Virus record (IMG/VR): IMGVR_UViG_3300043399_000297
Coordinates: 124,001-188,000 of that record
Strand: one strand, 5' to 3'
DNA length: 64,000 nucleotides
The notes beneath the pieces were generated by a model. That model was not told the DNA's origin, ran no database searches, and was given only the letters and a program-made list of their open reading frames with translations. Below, piece by piece: positions 8,102-17,319 of this stretch. The position numbers were made by a program, and so were the translations under genes. Every line of letters begins with the position of its first letter. Positions within the stretch are counted from its first letter, which is position 1.

Positions 8102-8869
8102 TTGTATAGCACTAATGTATTTTTATACACACAGCGTCAAATTGTCGTGCTCCTAATAGGAAATTCACCGAGGAAGTATATGCCAGTATATGCCAAGCCA
8201 CTAACTCTACATAAAGGCGTAGACAACAAGATACAGTTTCAGTTCTTGAACCAAGAACAGAAGCCAGTTGACATTACAGGCAAAGAAATCACCTGTAGAA
8301 TAATCAACTATGACGGCACACAAGTATTAATAAGAAAAGCATTGACTCTTGAATTGTCAGTGACTGGTATTGCTGCACTTTATCTAAATGCTGCTGAAAT
8401 TGAAGATATCGTTCCTCAAAAAGCTTACTATAGTTTAGAGATTCCAGTAGGTGAGTTTGATTTCCCTGTATTTGTTGATCAAAATGCAGGAGCAAGAGGC
8501 GATATGAATATCGTTAATTCGGTACTTCCATCCTTTGTCCCTTCCCAATCAGTTACGATTCCAACAGGACAAGCGTTTCCCAATATTAGCAACAACTCGG
8601 GAAATGCGAACTATGTATATTCCACAAGCGTTATCAATACACAGGATAATCCTATTCTTACTATTCAGGCTAGATATGATGAGTATTATGGTAATGTCGC
8701 AATACTAGGTTCTACTATTGTTGATGGTGATTGGTATCCTATTGTAGAAGAAACCGACTTTGCTAATGTAACTGAGACTAAGGGGTATACTATAAAAGGG
8801 TATCATCCCTTCGTAAAGATGGAATTCACAAGCAATGCGGGAACCGTAACTAACGTATTGTCCCGATAA
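8102..8869 (+). CDS. probable virion structural protein (beta-rich)
   Basis: Late TAAATA box at 8075, AAGGAG SD, TTG start. Confidence 0.6.
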   Translation: MYSTNVFLYTQRQIVVLLIGNSPRKYMPVYAKPLTLHKGVDNKIQFQFLNQEQKPVDITGKEITCRIINYDGTQVLIRKALTLELSVTGIAALYLNAAEIEDIVPQKAYYSLEIPVGEFDFPVFVDQNAGARGDMNIVNSVLPSFVPSQSVTIPTGQAFPNISNNSGNANYVYSTSVINTQDNPILTIQARYDEYYGNVAILGSTIVDGDWYPIVEETDFANVTETKGYTIKGYHPFVKMEFTSNAGTVTNVLSR

Positions 8870-8872
8870 TAT

Positions 8873-8901
8873 TTGACTTTACAATAGAAACCTGTTAAAA
8901 T
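8873..8901 (+). promoter_or_regulatory. sigma70-type promoter (TTGACT-N17-TAAAAT), leaderless into primase GTG 8908
   Basis: 17-nt spacer; start codon 6 nt after the -10. Confidence 0.65.
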
Positions 8902-8907
8902 ACATTT

Positions 8908-9885
8908 GTGTTTGATATATTAACCATTGTTCCTGGTAAAAAGAAGACAACTGGCAAGGGCTGGGTAAGCTTTAATGCACCTTGTTGCCACAATAGGGGA
9001 CATAGGCCAGACAAAAGAAGTCGCGGCGGCATCAAATTTGATGGTGATACTAATTGGTCATATCACTGCTTTAACTGTGATTTCAAATGCGGATTCATTT
9101 TGGGAAACACTTTTAGTAAGAACTTGAAGATGTTTTTGTCTTGGTGCGGAGTACCAGACGAGCAGATTACTAAATGGAACTTTGAGAGTCTACAACAAAA
9201 AGACTTAATTGAATATATCAAAGTAAAGAAACAGAAATCAAAGGTAAAATTTAAAGAAACTAAACTTCCTGAAGATGCTATACTCATTGATGAGAATAAC
9301 ATAGATCATAAAAAGTATGCAGACTATATTAAAAGTCGCGGATTATCAGTCAATGACTATCCCTTTATGATCACGCCAGATGAAGAGGGTAGAAACAGTA
9401 ATAGAATTGTCATACCCTATACATTTGAGGGCAAAATCGTAGGTCATATTAGTAGATATCTTGACAATCGTATTCCTAAGTATATTAAAGAGCAGCAAGT
9501 AGGATATGTGTTTGGATATGATTTACAGAAACCTGAATATGAAGTATGCGTTGTGGTCGAGGGTATATTTGATGCGCTGAGTATCAATGCGTGTGCATTA
9601 ACTCACGATACTATAAGCGACGAACAGGCAGAAATACTAAGAAAGCTTAATAAAAAGATAATAGTAGTGCCTGACTTAGATAAGTCCGGAATGACAATAT
9701 GTGATAGAGCAATTGAATTGGGATTTTATGTATCTATTCCTAATTGGGACGATGACATAAAGGATACCAATGATGCTATATTAAAGTATGGCAGAGTCCC
9801 TACATTACTAAGTATCTTACAGTCAGCAACTAATAGTAAGATTAAGATAGAATTACAGAGGAAGAAAATTGCTAAAAGAATATAA
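8908..9885 (+). CDS. DNA primase (T4 gp61/DnaG-like)
   Basis: N-terminal Zn motif (PCC...YHCFNC); TOPRIM VVEGIFDA and PDLD. Confidence 0.9.
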   Translation: MFDILTIVPGKKKTTGKGWVSFNAPCCHNRGHRPDKRSRGGIKFDGDTNWSYHCFNCDFKCGFILGNTFSKNLKMFLSWCGVPDEQITKWNFESLQQKDLIEYIKVKKQKSKVKFKETKLPEDAILIDENNIDHKKYADYIKSRGLSVNDYPFMITPDEEGRNSNRIVIPYTFEGKIVGHISRYLDNRIPKYIKEQQVGYVFGYDLQKPEYEVCVVVEGIFDALSINACALTHDTISDEQAEILRKLNKKIIVVPDLDKSGMTICDRAIELGFYVSIPNWDDDIKDTNDAILKYGRVPTLLSILQSATNSKIKIELQRKKIAKRI

Positions 9886-11281
9886 CACCGACGTTCAAGA
9901 ACTATTTTTAAGAATGATGGTAACTAACGCAGAGTTGTATACTCGCGTTATGAACATTATGAATCCTCAGAACTTTGATCGTAGACTTAGGCCGGTTGCT
10001 GAATTCTTAGTTGATCATACTAACAAGTATAGTATTATGCCTGATCCAACGCAGATTAAGGCTACTACAAGCGAAACTATTGAAGCAATACCTGACTTAA
10101 CTGAGGGGCATTATGAGTGGTTCTTGGAAGAGTTTGAAGCGTTCACTAAACGCCAAGAACTTGAAAGAGCTATTCTTAAGGCAGCAGACTTGCTTGAGAA
10201 GGGTGAGTTTGATCCTGTTGAAAAACTAGTTAAAGATGCTGTTCAGATTAGCTTGATGCGTGATATGGGCACAGACTATTTTGCTGATCCTAAGCAACGA
10301 CTAGACAAATACTTTAATCAGGGTGGTCAGGTATCTACAGGCTGGCCTCAGCTTGATAGAGTTATGTATGGCGGAATGAGTCGCGGTGAGTTGAATATCT
10401 TTGCAGGTGGTTCAGGTTCTGGTAAAAGTCTCGTGATGATGAACATCGCATTGAATTGGTTAGAGCGCGGACTAAGTGGCGTTTATATCACATTAGAACT
10501 TAGTGAAGAACTTACTTCACTTAGAACCGATGCTATGCTTACAAGTATGAGCACCAAAGATATTCGTAAGAACCTAGATGATTCTGCATTGCGTGTCAAG
10601 ATGGCAGGTAGAAAGATGGGTACTTATCGTGTTAAGAAATTGCCCGCTCAAAGCAATGTCAATGCTATCAGAGCATATATCAAAGAAGTTCAAATTCAGA
10701 CTGGGATCAAGATCGACTTTGTTATGGTTGACTATCTTGATCTTGTTATGCCTGTGTCAGTCAAGGTCAATCCCAACGATCAGTTCATTAAAGACAAGTA
10801 TGTTTCGGAAGAACTTCGCAATCTTGCAGAAGAACTTAATGTATTGTTCATCACTGCTAGTCAGTTGAACCGTAGTGCAGTTGAAGAAATTGAGTTTGAT
10901 CATAGTCATATTGCAGGCGGTATCTCAAAGATCAATACTGCTGACTATGTGTTTGGTATCTTTACTTCACGATCTATGAAGGAGCGCGGCAAATATCAGA
11001 TTCAATGTATGAAAAGTCGTAGTTCTACTGGTGTGGGACAAAAGATTGACCTAGAATATAATATCGAAACTATGCGTATTACTGATGAGGACCCAGAAGA
11101 GGGAAGAACACATACCCAAACACCTAGTCAACTTATGAGTCAAATACGGCCCGGGCCGGGAGGAATTGTTTCGCCGGGCTCGAATGGCCCGGCTGCAACA
11201 ATAGAAAATACACCTAAGATAAATGCAAATGTGGATGGAGCTAAACTAAAATCATTGTTGAATTCTCTCAAGAAAACTTAA
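9869..11281 (+). CDS. replicative DNA helicase (DnaB/T4 gp41-like)
   Basis: Walker A GGSGSGKS, ITLEL, VDYLD, TASQLNR. Confidence 0.93.
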   Translation: MLKEYNTDVQELFLRMMVTNAELYTRVMNIMNPQNFDRRLRPVAEFLVDHTNKYSIMPDPTQIKATTSETIEAIPDLTEGHYEWFLEEFEAFTKRQELERAILKAADLLEKGEFDPVEKLVKDAVQISLMRDMGTDYFADPKQRLDKYFNQGGQVSTGWPQLDRVMYGGMSRGELNIFAGGSGSGKSLVMMNIALNWLERGLSGVYITLELSEELTSLRTDAMLTSMSTKDIRKNLDDSALRVKMAGRKMGTYRVKKLPAQSNVNAIRAYIKEVQIQTGIKIDFVMVDYLDLVMPVSVKVNPNDQFIKDKYVSEELRNLAEELNVLFITASQLNRSAVEEIEFDHSHIAGGISKINTADYVFGIFTSRSMKERGKYQIQCMKSRSSTGVGQKIDLEYNIETMRITDEDPEEGRTHTQTPSQLMSQIRPGPGGIVSPGSNGPAATIENTPKINANVDGAKLKSLLNSLKKT

Positions 11282-11312
11282 ACTTTGAATAAATACGATA
11301 TAGGATCTTATT

Positions 11313-11567
11313 ATGCAAAAGAAAACAAGAAGCCTTCTTGAAGAATTACAAGCATATGGCGACACCCGTGATATTAATCACATTATTGAATCACGGGCAT
11401 CAAATGTAATCACTAGCGCCATCAATTTACTTGAATTGATACAAAAAAATTATTCTTCTGAAAAGGCTGAAATACTTGAAAGGAAACTTTTGAGTGCAAT
11501 CAAGAGCAAAGATCAAACTAGATTTGCTAAGGCTGTAAGGAAGAAAAATGAAGATAAACGAGATTAA
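11313..11567 (+). CDS. hypothetical protein, late
   Basis: TAAATA box at 11290 and an SD. Confidence 0.7.
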   Translation: MQKKTRSLLEELQAYGDTRDINHIIESRASNVITSAINLLELIQKNYSSEKAEILERKLLSAIKSKDQTRFAKAVRKKNEDKRD

Positions 11568-12858
11568 TCAACCTCAACAAGTTGATGAAGGTATTAGAGA
11601 TTCTCTAACAGGGCTATCTCAATCCTTGATAGGTGATTATGGTACTGCTGCAATTAAAGGAATGTTTACTGGTAAGGGTACTAAAAAGCAGTTAGAATAT
11701 GATACCTTCTTCAAAGACTTCTTCAATGATGCAGTCACTTCACTACAAAATGGAATCAAAAGCGGAATTGTTGACAAAAACCTATCAATGTCTGGTATAC
11801 CCGCGCCTGCAGGCGACGGTGAAGTTGATCCACCCACCGTTACTCCTGAACCCGGCGAACCGGGAGGGGGTCCTACTCCCGGTCCTACTCCAGGTCCTAC
11901 ATCAGGAGGTGGCATTACTACAGGAGGCTCTATATCAGGCAGGAGTCCTACCACAAGTATGTCTATAACACGTTCGGCAGCACCCGGATCTCCAACTTCC
12001 ACAACAACGCCCGGAGCACCCACTCCCAAAACATCTGCTACTGCCCCGGCGGTTGCAGCTAAAAAAGCACAACAACAAACAACACAAAATATCAATAATT
12101 ATATTAAGCAAGCAGCGCAAACACTTAACACAGCTACTGATAAAAATCAAAAAATTGCGCTCACAAAAGAATTAGTGAACGCGATGGCTGATAGGCAAGG
12201 ATCTCCCGAGTGGAATAATGCACTTGCTACTGTTCAGCAAATTATTAAGAGAGGAGGAGTAGATCCGGGATTTGCAAATGCTGCTATCGGCAATCTCAAA
12301 GCAGGCAAAACAATGTCTGAAGCTTGGAGAATCTATTTTGCTAATAAACTTATTGAAGCTGTAGGTCTAACTTGGAAAGATTTGGGTCTTTGTGTTCTGA
12401 AGGAAAATAAAAAATATTTTGTTGCTAGCACAAAATTTGCAAAATTAAATTATATCTTCGAAAGTATACTTGAAGCAGACACCGGAGTTAAGAGTGTGGG
12501 TGACTATATGCTAGAGTGGTTCACTGCTTGGATGGGAGGCACTGCTTGGGATTCGTATAAACCTAAAATTATTCAGTTATGCCAAAACATTGAAAATAGT
12601 TATAGAAAAGGTAACTGGAAAGAAGCAATAAGAACACTAGCTAAAGCCGCGTATGCGATTCCTGGAGTAGGTAAAGCAAAGGGTCTTGCAAACGTTCCGG
12701 GTGCAGCAGGATCTGAAGCTCCCGGCGCTACTAAAAAGCCAACTGCCGACTTCGGAGCACCTAGCGGCGGGTCTTCTACACTGGCGGCTCAGTTGGATGC
12801 TTTAAAGAAAGAAGATCCTGAAGGATTCAAAAGATATATGGATAGTTTAAGGTCCTAA
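11548..12858 (+). CDS. putative internal head/ejection protein with a Pro/Thr-rich linker
   Basis: MKINEI...VDEG N-terminus; low-complexity PT segment. Confidence 0.55.
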   Translation: MKINEINQPQQVDEGIRDSLTGLSQSLIGDYGTAAIKGMFTGKGTKKQLEYDTFFKDFFNDAVTSLQNGIKSGIVDKNLSMSGIPAPAGDGEVDPPTVTPEPGEPGGGPTPGPTPGPTSGGGITTGGSISGRSPTTSMSITRSAAPGSPTSTTTPGAPTPKTSATAPAVAAKKAQQQTTQNINNYIKQAAQTLNTATDKNQKIALTKELVNAMADRQGSPEWNNALATVQQIIKRGGVDPGFANAAIGNLKAGKTMSEAWRIYFANKLIEAVGLTWKDLGLCVLKENKKYFVASTKFAKLNYIFESILEADTGVKSVGDYMLEWFTAWMGGTAWDSYKPKIIQLCQNIENSYRKGNWKEAIRTLAKAAYAIPGVGKAKGLANVPGAAGSEAPGATKKPTADFGAPSGGSSTLAAQLDALKKEDPEGFKRYMDSLRS

Positions 12859-12861
12859 CAT

Positions 12862-14004
12862 ATGAATGATCTAAGAACAATCATTGATAAAATTACTGAA
12901 CTCAGTACTATTACTGAGGCTAAAGGACACCTAGACCATCCTGAGGATCTTGTGTTTTTAGAAGACGAAGCTGGCGCGCAAAGAGCTATTCAAGCGATTG
13001 AAGCTACTGTTTTAAATCCGCAGACAGTAACAATCAAGTGGGACGGATATCCTGCTCTAATTTTCGGTAGAGGTCCTGATGGTAATTTTACTATTATGGA
13101 CAAGCATATGTTCAACAAAAAGGACGGATCCGGCAGACAAGTTTACAGCCCTAAAGCATTCGTTGAATATGATAGGGCAAGAGGCGTTGACCGCGGCGAT
13201 TTGTATAATCTAATTAATACAATATGGCCGGGGTTAGAACAAGAAGATAGAGGCTCTAACGGCTACTATTGGGGCGATCTATTATTCAGCAGACCATTAC
13301 AGGATGAAAACGGGGTATTTAAATTTAGAGCCAATCCAAATGGTATTGCCTACACAGTAGATGCTGACAGTGATGTTGGTAAACTGTTAACCGATAAAGT
13401 TGCTGGTATAGCCGTCCATCAATTTATTCCCGCTAATGCAACAAGCACAGATGATGCTACTCCGTTGAACGGGACAATTGGAAATCTACAAAATACTAGC
13501 AATGTTGCTATTGTTCCCAGTAAGATGCCTATTACTCCTAAGTTAAAAATGCCAAAGCAGCTTGTAAATGTCGCTCAGCGAGAATTAAATCAATATGGAC
13601 CCTCTATCAGAGATTTGATGAATACTGCGCCTCAAGCTAGAAACACGTTCAATCAATTGTTTACTACCTATATCAACAAGAAGATTGTTAGTGGTAATCT
13701 TTCAAACTTGTTAAAGGGTTTTATGGACTATGTTCAAACAAGGCCAATGAGCGACAAAATGAAAGCTAAAATTATGGAGCATCTTAAAGTCAATAAAGAA
13801 GGCTTGTTGGGCGCATTCAAAGTATGGGTAGCTATTTACAATCTTAAAATGAATGTAGTGAAACAACTTGATCAAGCAGCAGCACATAGCCCAGTTAAAG
13901 GCTATCTACAGGATGGTACCCAAACACAAGAGGGATTTGTCAGTCAAGGTCTCAAGTTCGTAGACAGAATGGGCTTCAGTCGCCAAAATCTAGCCGGCCG
14001 ATAG
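12862..14004 (+). CDS. ligase-like nucleotidyltransferase-fold protein
   Basis: TIKWDG (KxDG motif I) and QEGFV...LKFVDR (motifs IV/V). Confidence 0.55.
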   Translation: MNDLRTIIDKITELSTITEAKGHLDHPEDLVFLEDEAGAQRAIQAIEATVLNPQTVTIKWDGYPALIFGRGPDGNFTIMDKHMFNKKDGSGRQVYSPKAFVEYDRARGVDRGDLYNLINTIWPGLEQEDRGSNGYYWGDLLFSRPLQDENGVFKFRANPNGIAYTVDADSDVGKLLTDKVAGIAVHQFIPANATSTDDATPLNGTIGNLQNTSNVAIVPSKMPITPKLKMPKQLVNVAQRELNQYGPSIRDLMNTAPQARNTFNQLFTTYINKKIVSGNLSNLLKGFMDYVQTRPMSDKMKAKIMEHLKVNKEGLLGAFKVWVAIYNLKMNVVKQLDQAAAHSPVKGYLQDGTQTQEGFVSQGLKFVDRMGFSRQNLAGR

Positions 14005-14082
14005 TCCAAAACCGAGTTTTTTTCTTCCTGGGATAAATACTTTTATGAGCTATGCGCTCACATTTATATAAGGAAAAATAAA

Positions 14083-14457
14083 ATGGCACAATTTACTCGC
14101 GTTAATGGTGATTTGGATCCGGTACTATGGCTCGATGCACCTGAATATAGCAATCCTGGCTCAACCTCAGCAGTTACTAGTGGTGTAACAGTTCAGCCCC
14201 AGGGCCCAAAGCTTGAATTCTTCACAATTACAGGCAACGGCGCGCAGATTGCAACTAACATCAATGCAGTATTCCAGACTGTTCAGCAGCTTGCAACCGT
14301 ATATCTCTATGAGTATACCAACGCAACTGATGACACTCTTGCTATTGCTGTTTATCCAGTAGAAGCTTGGACCACTACTACACTTGACAACGCACTTTCA
14401 AATGCTTGGACAAGTGCTAACGTTTCAGTAGCAACTGGTGCAACTTTCAACGGCTAA
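14083..14457 (+). CDS. small probable virion protein
   Basis: Own TAAATA box (14034), leader hairpin, strong SD and a terminator. Confidence 0.65.
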   Translation: MAQFTRVNGDLDPVLWLDAPEYSNPGSTSAVTSGVTVQPQGPKLEFFTITGNGAQIATNINAVFQTVQQLATVYLYEYTNATDDTLAIAVYPVEAWTTTTLDNALSNAWTSANVSVATGATFNG

Positions 14458-14482
14458 TAGTTAGCTAAACAAATCTACGAAG

Positions 14483-14513
14483 ACCCGGGGCTAGAAATAT
14501 CCCCGGGTTTTTT
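14483..14513 (+). terminator. Rho-independent terminator
   Basis: ACCCGGGG...CCCCGGGT stem followed by a T-tract. Confidence 0.85.
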
Positions 14514-14530
14514 ATTATTCTAAATACTTT

Positions 14531-14974
14531 ATGTCTTATCGTATTAGATGTTATACGTTGTTTAATATTACACAGACGGGAGTGTTGAATAGATCCAAAC
14601 CAAACGAAACCGACATTGGCAATTGGGTAGAAAACCGAAACACACAGTGTAATTTTGATACAATACTTCAGGTTATCTCGTTAAGATCACAACCTGATGT
14701 GGTGAAGTCACCCACACAGAAAATTGTTACTGAAGATGATTTACAAAACTTTGGATTTTTATATACTATAGAGGAAGAAAACGCTAATATATGGCAGTTT
14801 GATTTTGAAGTTCAACATCCTAGTGTTTTCGAGAACGGAATTACAGAGTTTGGTGCATTGTATAATGATTGTAATGGAGTTCCTATGATAAACTGCAACA
14901 ATCAATTGAAAAATGTACCAAACTTTTTGAATATAAGTGACGAGTTATCTAATATATACTTTGAGGTAATATGA
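14531..14974 (+). CDS. hypothetical protein, late, probably leaderless
   Basis: CTAAATACTTT directly before the ATG. Confidence 0.7.
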   Translation: MSYRIRCYTLFNITQTGVLNRSKPNETDIGNWVENRNTQCNFDTILQVISLRSQPDVVKSPTQKIVTEDDLQNFGFLYTIEEENANIWQFDFEVQHPSVFENGITEFGALYNDCNGVPMINCNNQLKNVPNFLNISDELSNIYFEVI

Positions 14975-15435
14975 AGAACGCAGTTAAACTTGTTAAGTTT
15001 TTCGACAGGGAGTTACCTCACTGTGCAGATGAACTTATTGTTCCTTTAGAAAAGAACACTTACTTATTGTTCAATAAGTATAGAGTTATTCAAGAACAAG
15101 ACAAGGTGGTTGCATATGATATGAATTATAAAGAATCAGTTGACTTTTCGAGTTTAAAGGTAGCAGTTTCATATTGCACATTGATGCATAACAAAAAATA
15201 TAATCAAGCTAAACGATTGAAGACTATTGACTTGAAACTAATAAGCTTAACCTTTGATGCATCGATTCACAAACAACGATTAAAACAAAGTATAGATGAA
15301 GATTCTAAAATACTGTATACTACTAAGATCCAGGAAGATTTTTATCAAAAGAGATTATTACGTGATGAGATGGATTATTTCATAAATAGTTCAAAGGATA
15401 TGTTATCAAGAAAATTATCCCACAATTTTAATTAA
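14971..15435 (+). CDS. hypothetical protein
   Basis: ORF overlapping the previous stop. Confidence 0.65.
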   Translation: MKNAVKLVKFFDRELPHCADELIVPLEKNTYLLFNKYRVIQEQDKVVAYDMNYKESVDFSSLKVAVSYCTLMHNKKYNQAKRLKTIDLKLISLTFDASIHKQRLKQSIDEDSKILYTTKIQEDFYQKRLLRDEMDYFINSSKDMLSRKLSHNFN

Positions 15436-15472
15436 TTGTGATAAATACAATATCAGGATGGAAGAATAACCT

Positions 15473-16213
15473 ATGAGACTTACCGATTTAGATAAAACTA
15501 ATACCCCAGTCAAAGCATTGAAAGAAAACTTTGCAATGGATTTTGATGTATCGACCCTTGATAAATCAAAGACTAGAAATATGCTTACTAAGGTTAAGGG
15601 TCTTATCAATGAGACAAGGAAATCTAAAGATTTCCACACCGCACAGAAGAATCCTTCTTATATGAAATTGATGTTTATGGAGCAAGCTCTTACTCAGCAT
15701 ATGAAAGTTGCAAAGAGTCCTCGTATCGTATTTGAAAACGAAGAAGTAGAAAAGAGCCAGGTTATTCTCGCTGCGCAGGATATGATTGATTCAGTGCAGA
15801 AGATGTATGAAGACATTAATGATATGCTAGTTAAAGAACTTCCTGCTCTAGTTGACTCAATTCAAAGCGAGATTGGCGTCACCGAAAGTGATACGTTTAA
15901 CTCACAGGCAAGTGAAGCTCTTACTACTCTTAATTCAACATTGCAAGAAACACAGACTGCACTTAAGGGTGCATTGGGTGCATTGACTGGTCAAGCACCT
16001 GGTGATATGATGGGCGGAGAAATGCCCGAATTAGGTGCTGATATGGGAGCAGAGATGGGCGCCGAAATGGGTGCAGATGCAGAAGCAGAACTAAATGCGC
16101 CGGCCCCGGGCGCAGGTCCTGCAGGTGGAGGAGCACCTGAGCTTCCTCCTGTTCCAGATATGGGCGGAGAAGAAGAAGCTCCTGGCGCAGCAGTTGGTCG
16201 TCCCAAAAGATAA
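15473..16213 (+). CDS. putative head scaffold/core-type protein (coiled coil with an acidic Gly/Met/Pro tail)
   Basis: Late box at 15442; helical body; GAEM repeats. Confidence 0.55.
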   Translation: MRLTDLDKTNTPVKALKENFAMDFDVSTLDKSKTRNMLTKVKGLINETRKSKDFHTAQKNPSYMKLMFMEQALTQHMKVAKSPRIVFENEEVEKSQVILAAQDMIDSVQKMYEDINDMLVKELPALVDSIQSEIGVTESDTFNSQASEALTTLNSTLQETQTALKGALGALTGQAPGDMMGGEMPELGADMGAEMGAEMGADAEAELNAPAPGAGPAGGGAPELPPVPDMGGEEEAPGAAVGRPKR

Positions 16214-16548
16214 TGCGTCTTTTTGAACTAGTGGATCAAGATAGTCTTGCAATTAAAATAGATGTTTTGGTTCAGCAATTAGAACAAGACTATAAAGAGG
16301 GTAAGATCAATGATGATTTTACCCTCGATGATCTTATTCGATATTTTAGTGATAATGAAGTTGTGTTAGGTAAAGAAGACTTATACAATATGATTAAAGT
16401 TCCTCCTATGAATGACTTGGTAAAAAATATTCAAGGTGACAAAGTAGTATTTGCGGGACAAGAAGAAGAACACGCTGATAGACCGGAAGATGGCGGCGAC
16501 AATGAAAAAACAGTTAAACAGATGGCTAAAAGAGCAATGAAAATTTAA
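16213..16548 (+). CDS. hypothetical acidic protein
   Basis: TAATG coupling; MRLFEL N-terminus. Confidence 0.65.
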   Translation: MRLFELVDQDSLAIKIDVLVQQLEQDYKEGKINDDFTLDDLIRYFSDNEVVLGKEDLYNMIKVPPMNDLVKNIQGDKVVFAGQEEEHADRPEDGGDNEKTVKQMAKRAMKI

Positions 16549-16590
16549 CCATAACTGTTGATAACACATAAAATAGTGATATAATATTAT

Positions 16591-17277
16591 ATGGCTATAA
16601 CAAACAAATTCCCTTATCAAGAAATGAAGCGTGAAACGACTACTGAAGGTCGTAAGTATGTAACTCCAGATGGATCAAAGCTTCCTAGCGTCACTACGAT
16701 ATTAGACGCAACTAAACCAATCGAAGCAAAGAAAGCTCTCATTGAATGGCGCCGCAGAGTTGGCGAACAAAAAGCTAAAGAAATTACAGCCGAGGCAGCA
16801 GGTCGCGGTACTCGAATGCACAAGTGGCTTGAGAACTACATCTTAAATGATGACACGGGTGAACCAGGTGGTCATCCTGCAAGTCAGCAATCACATAGGA
16901 TGGCACATACTGTTATCAAGGAAGGTCTATCCAACTGTGATGAATTTTGGGGAACAGAAGTTTCCCTCTATTTCCCTCAAATCTATGCAGGTACAACAGA
17001 CTTAGTTGGAATTCACGATGGTGCAGAAGCTATTATGGACCACAAACAAACCAATAAGCCCAAGAAGCGTGAATGGATTGAAGACTATTTCTTGCAGTTG
17101 ACTGCTTATGCTAACGCTCACAACGAAGTCTATGGAACTAAGATTCGTAAGGGTGTAATCTTTATGTGTAGTGCTGCAAACGAATACCAAGAGTTCATTG
17201 TTGAAGGCAATGAGTTCGATGAATGGAGCAATCGCTGGTGGAAGCGAGTAGAGGAATACTACACCAAGTTCCTATAA
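16591..17277 (+). CDS. PD-(D/E)XK exonuclease (lambda-exo/MGME1-like)
   Basis: LPSVTTIL, RGTRMH, AGTTDLVG and MDHKQT motifs. Confidence 0.85.
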   Translation: MAITNKFPYQEMKRETTTEGRKYVTPDGSKLPSVTTILDATKPIEAKKALIEWRRRVGEQKAKEITAEAAGRGTRMHKWLENYILNDDTGEPGGHPASQQSHRMAHTVIKEGLSNCDEFWGTEVSLYFPQIYAGTTDLVGIHDGAEAIMDHKQTNKPKKREWIEDYFLQLTAYANAHNEVYGTKIRKGVIFMCSAANEYQEFIVEGNEFDEWSNRWWKRVEEYYTKFL

Positions 17278-17319
17278 CCTAGCATAAATAAGTGTATTCA
17301 GTAGGCAAAGAATACACTT

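Noticed and set aside
11147-11195. GC-rich inverted repeat (CCGGGCC/GGCCCGG) near the helicase 3' end
   Set aside because: It is explained by Pro/Gly codons in a disordered tail, occurs only once and has no T-tract.
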